Part shown: positions 12,001-17,019 of the stretch, in pieces
How the letters are laid out: every line of letters begins with the position of its first letter
Position numbering within the stretch: the first letter of the stretch is position 1
From: a virus
Lineage: Duplodnaviria; Caudoviricetes
Reading direction: 5' to 3' (one strand)
Length of the DNA stretch: 25,330 bases
IMG/VR virus record: IMGVR_UViG_3300032221_000201
Coordinates: 1 to 25,330 of that record
Position numbers and translations under genes: made by a program
Notes under the pieces: generated by a model
The model's database searches: none
What the model saw: the letters and a program-made list of their open reading frames with translations, nothing else
What the model was told of the DNA's origin: nothing

Positions 12001-13053
12001 ACTTTTAATAAAGGTAGCAGGAGACTCTAAATCTTTTGTGTTTACAAGCTTTATTCTATCACCAACACCTTCTACATACCAAAAACCTTCTAAGTATTTT
12101 TCGGGAGTTACTTGTCCTGCAAATTTAACTACAAGACCATTTATAAAATCAATATCAAAACTACTGGTATAAGTTCTTTTTCCAATAATTTCTTCTTCTA
12201 CATTTAATTTTCTCGCTTCATCTAAATCTTTTATATCAATTAAACCAGCAGTCTCTATATCTTTATTATCTAAGTAATACAAAAGATCAGGTGCTTCATA
12301 AGGAACTGTAAAAGTTATTGTTCCTTTTTCAACCTTTCTATCACTAACACCAATGTTGTAGAAATAACTGTCTCCAGTTTCTAACCTAGTCTTGATTGAA
12401 AAAGGCTTTCCTGGAGTATTAATTTTAAACTTATAAGTTAATCCTCTATAAAGAACAATTCTAGGATTTGCAGTTAAACCATCTGGTGTGAAAACATAAG
12501 CAACATTATCTCCCTGATCTTCAGCTGTAACAGTAAATTCAGAAATTTGTTTTTCTAATTCACCAAAAATTACAACAGGATCAGGACCATTTGGTAACCA
12601 ATAATATTCTCTATAATTTACAAGTTTGTCCCAATCAATATGAGGGTTCCATGTATACGCTTCTTGTTTATTAAGTTTACTGTGGTTAGCAACATTAGCT
12701 CCAAAATACTTAAGGCTATTAATATAATCAATATAATCACCGAACCATTTCGTTTCTTGTGTAACAGGATCTTCATAGATAAAAGAAGGTTCTAATTGAT
12801 AGTATTGACGGGGTGTAGAAGTTTCTTGAATGTAGTTATCGTCAAATTCATAATTAGGAATATCTCTTCGACCTACATAAGAACTTATTTTAGATAATTT
12901 TCCTGGTTGTGTAAAAACATCTAAAGTACCAGCCAAAAACTTTTTGTTAGAATTTGTCCTAAAGAAATTTGGCAAATGAATTGCAGTTCTTCTTTTATCC
13001 TTATCAGTTGGATTTACTGAAACCGGTAGTTCATTATTGTCGTCTTGAGCCAT
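1..13053 (-). CDS. Giant multidomain virion structural protein (gp7-like baseplate wedge/adhesin), >4351 aa, runs off the left edge
   Basis: The ATG is at 13053 (CAT 13051-13053), with AGGA upstream (minus strand ATTAACAGGATAGATAAATG), 18 nt after the gp6 stop. It starts MAQDDNNELPVSVNPTDKDKRRTAIHLPNFFRTNSNKKFLAGTLD. The same frame still reads sensibly at 1-60 (PNVQVRNYTGDGITKTFDIG) and in every block I translated by hand. An internal stop should have produced a long ORF in the track, and none is listed. Its position directly after gp6 matches T4 gp7. Confidence 0.9.
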   Translation of the reverse strand, partial: MAQDDNNELPVSVNPTDKDKRRTAIHLPNFFRTNSNKKFLAGTLDVFTQPGKLSKISSYVGRRDIPNYEFDDNYIQETSTPRQYYQLEPSFIYEDPVTQETKWFGDYIDYINSLKYFGANVANHSKLNKQEAYTWNPHIDWDKLVNYREYYWLPNGPDPVVIFGELEKQISEFTVTAEDQGDNVAYVFTPDGLTANPRIVLYRGLTYKFKINTPGKPFSIKTRLETGDSYFYNIGVSDRKVEKGTITFTVPYEAPDLLYYLDNKDIETAGLIDIKDLDEARKLNVEEEIIGKRTYTSSFDIDFINGLVVKFAGQVTPEKYLEGFWYVEGVGDRIKLVNTKDLESPATFIKSIDLPFDDQPFDSMPWDNADNFPSTKDYMVINRASRDRNNWSRANRWFHKNVVETSAQANKRIPEFDQNSRAQRPIIEFDADLKLHKHGWFSKTDIDLVDTTTTDVFSIIEGSTGYIVDGEQLVPGYRILFTGDPDILVKGKIFEVKQILNVNVNASENISIISTSEDNDLFTVPSTNTLRVGMRVQFSGTVVGGVTSGVTYFISPTNFTPTTFSVSLTANGPLVQLTNSAVLTMKVSNVGVGTTQRKVQLTLQEIEETEPLEGQCVYITKGRSYKGSTFYYENGEWKLGQKKIQVNQPPLFDLFDENLDSYEDTIKYPFNTFNGNRIFGYKVGTGIDDQYLGFPIIYRNITNIGDIEFEFELQNQTWEYINSGNNLQPLNSTGSFLRKLTSEGNFTYTNGWVRTERDTEQNVIRILKIEQETDLVPIDVYDDNVTLNLLEEISRISTGSNFYIAKQESSGQDLQDSQYWNDFDYNELYKINWDPTTIYYQNDIVSYNRFTYISIADPIDENKDKVPTNTLYWKLLHTGYANKGNFSRVTEYKIDDVINFEGSAYIAIQDNINLSPTNINYWKKIVKGSSKFIGEYSSGTRYKAKDIVSYGLYLYIAKRDTTEILPTDINDWNRLSVGTVYPKFYNKKTLYKLGDIVVLDRRPKLDYRIRVYVNNKKRSDLTLETIEGIAYIKFANKLSLGDKVVYKIRSLANKNLKGYYEIPVNWQNNPFNQVVDSFTFGEVIDHVRTVIETAGEFSGEYPGNSNLANLGSISQYGRKFMQHTGSMALASFLMIDKDANIIKALRWASREYTQFKKEILVRTQTNAFDGSTREIVDQLLQNYTQSKYYNNSAFYFSEMLPFGAASVREYTVIDPRFPVFVIDSFYNPRSQTSRCILIYVNEQQILYGKDYVFDDDDAFVRIIKPLNIDDKILIKDYANTDGCYVPFTPTKLGLYPLYEPTIYNDDTYLNQVFVAGTVVNVKGITNEFRTDTAHNLEIGDSIKFLDDNLPAANISKDTVYFVSSIPSFNSFTLTTSVNGGPVDIEKDGRGELKFTFTATSLFKNEKTAIKVIQGHDGSIIRAYNDYRDDVILEIENRIYNSIKITYDPDIFDINSVIPGYYRRTDFTKNEITDILLSEFLRWNAIPKLDFNTNNYFIGEETFSYNYNNSLSPNGQEPLYGYWRGIYKYFFDTDRPHTHPWEMQGFTIKPIWWDDVYGLAPYTSDNKIMWDNIEQGLIADPNDRRTNLKFARPGLKDYLPVDNQGNLLSPLTTNLAQNFSVATGQGRFAFGDQAPVETAWRRSSEFPFSIIIACTVLRNSEYIGKMWDRYSIKKNIAGQVYSTIDNKKVSTKNIPFANSTNEDGSRLLTSGLCNIIDEYVRIQKNIDHDYYKKVIRGLDIKLAYRIGGFTNQERIKVLLDSRSPNSSGTIFLPQESYRIFYNKSAPVDTVNYSGVIIEKRSNGYAIDGYDKEKNSFEIFVPRPSASDPTFNVGGVSESFVEWTAEKFYTQGQLVRYESDFYRSKVGHTSSTAWQSDTDKWQRLPGIPLTGGRDAVRRKQFKEIPVRIPYGTIFTDIQSIVDFLLGYQERLKAWGFEFEEFSKDLEVPLNWLTSAKEFMFWTLQNWSSGSVIFLSPAANYLKFKPVIVASVDNLDEDFYGYSIFKADGQPLRSDLTNIYREDNGFEIKPASNTTDGIFHIRTNLVYSEHVIVFDNISIFNDVIYDVVPGYRQGRLKLLGFKTNNWDGSYYSPGFAYDKAEILEWQPNTDYNLGDIVKYQNYYFTALDKILGESNFDLSNDKWQKLDEEPKDKLLSNFDYRIEQFRDFYSLESSNFDNNQQSLARHLIGYQPRQYLENIINDDVSQYKFYQGFIREKGTLNSVTKLFDALRASGFSSIELKEEWAFKVGDFGASDAYTELEFILEEDKFTQNPQGVKLTIAPELLTEESIYNIPRSNVTKKPRAYNANPFVMKAFDYDQVDYGIFKYRVAGYVNPEDVKHYVIDENTLFNYPLDILEHRDKIWVANSPNGNWNVMAFFNTRKLIYDWQRDENVLSLYVNENIDDIQVGNIIAIKNLFFIDGIYKVIGKFQNIIQIFTANATLARITEDSTAGILFKFESVRYPDISSVNLSRYNDLKIKGEKLWIDRDINNRWLVLENEDVFAEKKITPPTFIRSTENSLYGYQVKVSGNQKILFASAIGNGAGRVLVYTRPNNSTDWAFLQTIKMPDEFNIQTGTEKFGYSIDVSDDGLILVISAPDISGIKSYFKGDFDTEASYSIGDIVRFNGELWQNLEAVNGDGSTIDINTDDWQRLDEIYEVFTSASTSGLTKQGVVFVYVFDQTSRRFYERDSLTVNRTVETPLGTITLQALKEQVICSYDPQSNERFGTKIKLVQENNEYWLYVTSEMPDKSGRIQIFKREASGRWIYNSQRYLNFDNLITLQTFTSTYTVVIDEPNLSTLGQIRKFVNNYLGDVILRTPAGNIINGLSVGKTLRISKGGIVYLQVTVDNSIPLNPKYNYTVTTNTNFTTSEKLFPQPEFRYGFDISATVRDVVVSAPFLDSGATFIFQRDGTTFSPIQVIDEETIADGTTVNNSSLSLEEIELKPFDNFGDSVLVNGNSLFVSSPNCDLKNTNVGAVYHFEYDSLMLRYELTELILPPSRVQNERFGVKIDSNSDSNLLAVSAAGGDVILDTTFDTYSDRVSFTADSTRNYQLDENSEETAFPTIFDAGATLFFDQIPFTGAVYVFNRFDDSYIYADKLEAIEILRENDSFGSSISVCDNSITVGAPNREINNINIGTVYTFDYNEYSWTVKETQGESVDVEKFKKAFIYNSKENKLITELDFYDPAKGRIPGPANQEIKYQTLRDPASYEFTINNDIFIDQTQPWTDDHIGELWWDLSAVKWIWYEQSSITYRNNAWGVIFPGSSIDIYEWIESSLLPSEYLEQTSATGAEENGITGTPLYINDFTYSSKVKYDSVTGLNTTLYYYWVKNRKTVPNVPFRRIPTTDVAQLIIDPASVGYKFIAVTGKNSFSLFNVESSLKDSDVSLNVQYYEVDNTDLIVHREYALLAEDDANTIIPSMLENKWFDSLCGYNKRGQPVPDTRLSFRERYGSAYEPRQSWFANRFEALKQYFEYVNSILLKTQIIDDVNFTNLLSAAPAPNLNSGEIDRIVDILDDLRFIGTSKIKTASVVPVILDGRITDVIVTDPGGGYIIPPTIKVFGPGTGAKLKANLNTNGSISSVTVVKGGKEYEPTATTLSVRNHTVLVSSDEEALGGWSVHSWSGVKKSWNRIKTQAYNVPRYWSYVDWYAEGYSSESEILFQYNRSVDLNGSLAQVGDIVKIADVGGWLLLERIAITESSEAINDYKVVGRQNSTIQFSESLYNLNKELGYDTKFSYDLSLYDQTPTVELRIILESIRDDILVDNLRQEYIKLFFNNVHYALHEHLYVDWVFKTSFLKINHNVGTLRQRITFQGDELESYQKYIEEIKPYKSKIREYVSSYGYTDPSNSQITDFDLFSYYDYSSGRIERGSLNSSVINSFPWKSWADNRFYEVTEIEVYDQGNGYISIPKVIITGDGRDASATAYIANGKVYKIIVDNPGSGYTKVPTIFISGGNGDIEENRARAFAKIGNNLVRTNHITMKYDRYAFTNEVAQLRTVETFRGTGVNTRFKLKYAPDPKKVNFNILVNNIEIYGSGYDVEIIEVLHDTYTTLEGYVNFAVAPSINPITPNNVRIEYDKNIRILGATDRINKAYSPVEGQYGKEYGLLMTGIDYGGVQLTSIDFDIAGGWDVLPWDVSSWDNIVSTNDDYVVISDGTTQSFELPYIPANGEVINVYITSVLLDENGEPIREFFGAVKTKTVRVDDPYFSLYDGSTEQPNGLFESPEGTIMDSFVGNGVNKVIVIPVTYNLLETDFITFRKSTSDGTILPTDRSLIDSFVDGGDIAYATAKGISADEIIVDGDGFITSDTSHGPEELVQGQVVDALEVKVYHTPSNGGPNVQVRNYTGDGITKTFDIG
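3640..5505 (-). other. Seven FG-GAP-like repeats (predicted beta-propeller) within the giant ORF
   Basis: Blades: YGYQVKVS..FASA..GRVLVY; FGYSIDVS..VISAP..GVVFVY; FGTKIKL..GRIQIF; YGFDISA..VVSAP..GATFIF; FGDSVLV..FVSSP..GAVYHF; FGVKIDS..AVSA..GAVYVF; FGSSISV..TVGAP..GTVYTF. Confidence 0.75.
10060..10655 (-). repeat. Tandem CBM5/12 (ChtBD3)-like protein repeats within the giant ORF
   Basis: Units follow W/F/Y-x5-Y-x3-D-IV-x-Y-x4-YIA-x(n)-PT-x4-W, e.g. WDPTTIYYQNDIVSYNRFTYISI...VPTNTLYW; FSRVTEYKIDDVINFEGSAYIAI...SPTNINYW; YSSGTRYKAKDIVSYGLYLYIAK...LPTDINDW. Confidence 0.7.
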
Positions 13054-13071
13054 TTATCTATCCTGTTAATT

Positions 13072-16000
13072 TTATTTTGCGTTTATAGAACTTCTTAAAT
13101 TTGTTGTATCAACATCGAATGTCGATGATGTTAGTATATAACCTTGTGCTTTAATTCTAGAAGCAGTTATAGCATCAATGACATCAATATCGCTAACCTT
13201 TGCTCCACTTATGAAAATTTCATTCGGAGCCGCTGTGATTTCTTGTAAACTTCCGTATACCTGATCGCTATTCTCAGGTACAATTAGGAAGGTTGTAATA
13301 AATGGTGTTAATCTATTCATAACATGTGTTGATAATTCAGTAAAATAAAACGTATCTCCAAAATCCCAATTATCAATACTAAAAAATTCATCTATTGCCT
13401 GTATTATTCTTGCTTTAACATCATTATCAGTAATAACTTGTTCTTTATTTTTTACCACTTTAAATGATGCTTGTAATCTAGTATTTGCTACATTTCCAAA
13501 TAATACCTTATATTTTACAGGATGAAAAATAATTTCATCACTAATACTTTTAATTGCATCTAACCCCTTACCATATGTTAGTTTTAATTCAGTAGAACTA
13601 GGAGGTAATGGCTCTTCCGTTATATTACCTTTAAGATAACTACGGAAACTAGAATCATAATTTTTAGTTAAAATGTAAGTATCCATTAAATTACTTGCAC
13701 TTGGGTCTATTCTATAACTTGCATCAGCATTGTGACGATAATGAAACTTTAAATTGTTTCTACCTTCATTTGCATAATACTCAGTAGTTATAATTAATTT
13801 AGCTAATGTTTTATCAAGCTTCTTTACTAAATCTGTGGAAAAGAAGTAAAATAATTGACCATCATTGTATGATGTTAATGGTCCTACATTACTCTCTTGT
13901 TCTAAAATAATGAATAAGTTATCTTTATTTTCAATATATCTATAATCCTCTATATAAGATTCTGTAACATATTTTTCAAAGAAAACAAATCTTTCATCGT
14001 TTTCTAACGAAGGATTTGCGATAATAATAAAAGCTTCTGGATTATCAACAACTCCATCATCGTCTGTATCGGAAAAAGACAATTTTACAGTTCTACTACT
14101 TGAATATCCTTCCTCTTCGGCAGTTGTTCCAATAATTTCAAATGGATAATCTCTTCCGATACTAATTGTATCTTGAGGAACTGTATTGAATTTTAAAATT
14201 GTTACTAGATCTTTTTGTACTTTTCCTGTTGTGATATCATAAATTTTCTTAGAACCATCAAAGTAAAATCTATTTTCCTTAACTGATTCAAAATAATACT
14301 CCAACCCTCTATATGTAACTGTATATGTTTCGCCGTCAGTTTCGAACGCAATCAGCCAACTACTATCTAATTTGAGTCCGCTGTTATCACCAGTTTTACC
14401 TAAAGTCCAATTATTAATTAAATTAAGATTTCTATCATAAACAATTTGCCAAGATCTTGAAACAGTATCATACCTTAAACCAAAGTTTTTCTTGTTAAAA
14501 ATTAACTCTGTCATTAGAGTTTCTGTATTCTGATCTATATTACTAACAAATTTAGGAATAATTTGATTTAATATTGCAGTTGAAGGAACTTCCTGATTTA
14601 AAACTATTGGTCCAAATCCTGAAGGTAATATACCGTATCCTGATGCTGCGCCGTCGCCGACTACAGTTGTAACTTTAGCCCATAGTCTATCGCTAGTTTT
14701 ATCAGAAGGTGCTGCTGTTAATTTACCTGTATCGTCGAACAATTGATTATTAGGCGCAAGAAATTTTAAAAGAGCACCTGGCTCAATATATTTCATTCCG
14801 CTTGATGTAAAAGCGCCGACTCTAAATGGTAATCCGTCATTTTGATCTGCAAAGAAACCTGTTGTTTCATTTAAGCCGCTGGTAACTTGAGTAAATGAAG
14901 GATTAATTTCAGGAAAAATAATTTTATTATATTTTTCATAATAAAAATCTCTCATCATTTCAGAGGAAATTAACGGTTCAACTTTGTTTTTTATTATAGA
15001 TATAATTTCTGTTCTATTCTTAAATGTAAATTCAAAAGAATTTTGTACATTTTCTCTATAAAGTATACCGTCAGTGCAGAAAGTATTAATTGTACTGTAC
15101 TTTCCACTAACATCAATGAGATCAAAATTACGACTTATACCACTAGCTGTTCTATTAATTGTTTTAACTTTAGCAATACTCTGACTAACATTGAGCGGAG
15201 CTAGATTATAATCTTCACCTGTAATCATTCTATTTTGTGTGTAATAAGTTGCCGGAGCATTCCTTTTAATTTCAAAATTTGTTTCAGGTGCTGATGCAGA
15301 AGTTACTGATGATTTTAATGAAAGTGTAAGCCTTAATATTTCATTTGTTCCTCTTCTTGAAATATATGGTATAGTTAAAATAACGCCTCTCATATCTTTA
15401 GGATTAATTGTATATGATAAACCTACAGAGGTTCTATAATAAGCTCTAAAAGATCCTTTTGGTAGATTGCCAAATACTCCGTCGCCGAACTGTAAAGCAA
15501 TAGAATCATTTGATCTTGTTTGTACTTTATATATGTTTCTAATTGTTTTATCTATACTGTTATAGATTATATTATTTCCTACAACCGAAGGAACTTTTGT
15601 CCATATATCTGTTTCTTGTCCATTCTGACTTAGAGAATATAACCAAACATCATCTTCATTAATATTCACATCTTCTATGTTAACAATTTCATTTGTTGTT
15701 GGATTATTAATTGTAAATGTATTGTTAACAATATTACCTTGTCTAAAATGAATAAACCATCCTGTATTTGTACTACTAAAACCTTGGAAATCATTTCTGT
15801 AAAGAACTGAGAATTGATTACCTCTTTTAGGAGGATCTTCTTGTATAGCACTATCTTTTATAATAGTACTTACAGCCTCAAAACTTAATGATCTTCCATC
15901 GACGGTTTTACCAAAAGAAAATATAGGAAGTTCACTTATATTTGTGTTCAACTTATATTGTTCTGTAAAAATATTATCTACTGTAGCTTCGCCTAATGGA

Positions 16001-16515
16001 GTTCCGAATTCGTTTTCACTAATCATAGATGCATTCATAATTTTTATAAATTGCTCATACCAGTCTGAATTAGTGATATCATTCCATGCGACTTCTAATG
16101 AAGCTATATTTCTACCATTTGAATCTAAAATTTCTTCTGAAGTAGATACTGTTTCAACTTTTAATAAACCGTTAGCACATATATTTCTAGAAGGATTATA
16201 ACTTATAAGCTGAGATAATCTTAAAATACTTTCTCTACGTTCAGCTAACTCTAAAAAGTTTTCTCTGGCATTTAGATCCATTCTAAATGATAAACTTTGC
16301 CCTAAAAAGGCAATAAGATCAATCAAAGCAAGATATTCACTTGATTCAATATAATCATTAAAATCCTCAGGATACTTTTCTCTGAGGTATTGAATCATTA
16401 TTCTACGTAAATTTTCAAAATCATAGCTTTGGAAATCAGCATTTTTAAATGTCTGATATATCTTTCTCCAATCTTCAGCTAGAAATAGATTATTTTGACG
16501 TCCGGTTGTTGACAT
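13072..16515 (-). CDS. gp6: Baseplate wedge subunit, T4 gp6-like (1147 aa)
   Basis: The N-terminus (DFENLR...LIDLIAF...ARENFLELAERRESILRLSQLISYNP), the 'LQFGDGVFGNLP' motif and the 'QNRMITGEDY' motif are typical of gp6/baseplate-J proteins. It lies next to gp25. Confidence 0.88.
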   Translation of the reverse strand: MSTTGRQNNLFLAEDWRKIYQTFKNADFQSYDFENLRRIMIQYLREKYPEDFNDYIESSEYLALIDLIAFLGQSLSFRMDLNARENFLELAERRESILRLSQLISYNPSRNICANGLLKVETVSTSEEILDSNGRNIASLEVAWNDITNSDWYEQFIKIMNASMISENEFGTPLGEATVDNIFTEQYKLNTNISELPIFSFGKTVDGRSLSFEAVSTIIKDSAIQEDPPKRGNQFSVLYRNDFQGFSSTNTGWFIHFRQGNIVNNTFTINNPTTNEIVNIEDVNINEDDVWLYSLSQNGQETDIWTKVPSVVGNNIIYNSIDKTIRNIYKVQTRSNDSIALQFGDGVFGNLPKGSFRAYYRTSVGLSYTINPKDMRGVILTIPYISRRGTNEILRLTLSLKSSVTSASAPETNFEIKRNAPATYYTQNRMITGEDYNLAPLNVSQSIAKVKTINRTASGISRNFDLIDVSGKYSTINTFCTDGILYRENVQNSFEFTFKNRTEIISIIKNKVEPLISSEMMRDFYYEKYNKIIFPEINPSFTQVTSGLNETTGFFADQNDGLPFRVGAFTSSGMKYIEPGALLKFLAPNNQLFDDTGKLTAAPSDKTSDRLWAKVTTVVGDGAASGYGILPSGFGPIVLNQEVPSTAILNQIIPKFVSNIDQNTETLMTELIFNKKNFGLRYDTVSRSWQIVYDRNLNLINNWTLGKTGDNSGLKLDSSWLIAFETDGETYTVTYRGLEYYFESVKENRFYFDGSKKIYDITTGKVQKDLVTILKFNTVPQDTISIGRDYPFEIIGTTAEEEGYSSSRTVKLSFSDTDDDGVVDNPEAFIIIANPSLENDERFVFFEKYVTESYIEDYRYIENKDNLFIILEQESNVGPLTSYNDGQLFYFFSTDLVKKLDKTLAKLIITTEYYANEGRNNLKFHYRHNADASYRIDPSASNLMDTYILTKNYDSSFRSYLKGNITEEPLPPSSTELKLTYGKGLDAIKSISDEIIFHPVKYKVLFGNVANTRLQASFKVVKNKEQVITDNDVKARIIQAIDEFFSIDNWDFGDTFYFTELSTHVMNRLTPFITTFLIVPENSDQVYGSLQEITAAPNEIFISGAKVSDIDVIDAITASRIKAQGYILTSSTFDVDTTNLRSSINAK

Positions 16516-16518
16516 ATT

Positions 16519-16564
16519 AACTACCTTGTTTTCTTTATTTATTATAAAAATAAACTGGGTAGTT
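16519..16564 (-). promoter_or_regulatory. Inverted repeat/hairpin covering the gp6 ribosome-binding site
   Basis: AACTACC (16519-16525) and GGTAGTT (16558-16564) are perfect reverse complements. Further inner pairing is possible (GUUU/AAAC or UUUAUUU/AAAUAAA). Confidence 0.55.
16536..16543 (-). promoter_or_regulatory. Putative internal late promoter box (AATAAATA) upstream of gp6
   Basis: Minus-strand AATAAATA ending 20 nt before the gp6 ATG, in the largest intergenic gap (48 nt) of the operon. Confidence 0.6.
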
Positions 16565-17004
16565 TATCTTAATCCTATTCTTTGATCGAAATTAAATTGC
16601 ATATCTTCTTGAATATTATAAGGTAGATAGATTAAGGTAACTTCTATTTGAATCCCTTGATCTTTTTGTGTAACAATAGTTTTTATAACTTTTGTTCTAG
16701 GATCAGAATTAACAATTTCTGTAACATCATTTACAATAATTGCTTTATTCTGTTCAGTTAAAGGTTCATAAAGCATTTGCCAAATTATTGTTCCAAAGTT
16801 TGGATTTTCTAATTTTTCACCTTTTCTAATATGAAAATGATTAATTAGATCTTGTTTAATTAATGCAAGATCGTATAAAACTGTATTTTGAACATCAGAA
16901 TTAACTGTGCTAAAACCTCTATAGGTTCTAGATGTTAAAGCTTTTCTTTGTCCTTCTGTTTTAGTTGGACCTAAACGTATATTTTCATAACCTACTGCTG
17001 ACAT
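16564..17004 (-). CDS. gp25: Baseplate wedge/sheath initiator, T4 gp25-like (GPW/gp25 family)
   Basis: 146 aa with 'IKQDLINHFHIRKGEKLENPNFGTIIWQMLYEP...IVNSDPR', matching the gp25 pattern GER..NP.FG...LFEP...EPR. AGGA RBS upstream. Confidence 0.9.
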   Translation of the reverse strand: MSAVGYENIRLGPTKTEGQRKALTSRTYRGFSTVNSDVQNTVLYDLALIKQDLINHFHIRKGEKLENPNFGTIIWQMLYEPLTEQNKAIIVNDVTEIVNSDPRTKVIKTIVTQKDQGIQIEVTLIYLPYNIQEDMQFNFDQRIGLR

Positions 17005-17019
17005 GTTTATACTTATCCT

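Noticed and set aside
1-13053. Stop-codon reassignment or a non-coding region to explain the 13 kb gap in the ORF track
   Set aside because: The standard code gives a continuous frame, and all other genes are intact under code 11. The gap is explained by the stop codon lying outside the window.
16519-16564. Rho-independent terminator
   Set aside because: The stem is AT-rich with a large interior and no U-tract follows on the coding strand. RBS occlusion explains it better.
17004-17019. TATAAACA upstream of gp25 as a late promoter
   Set aside because: It lies downstream of the AGGA RBS and runs into the ATG, so a transcript from it would start inside the gene. It also differs from the AATAAATA seen twice elsewhere.
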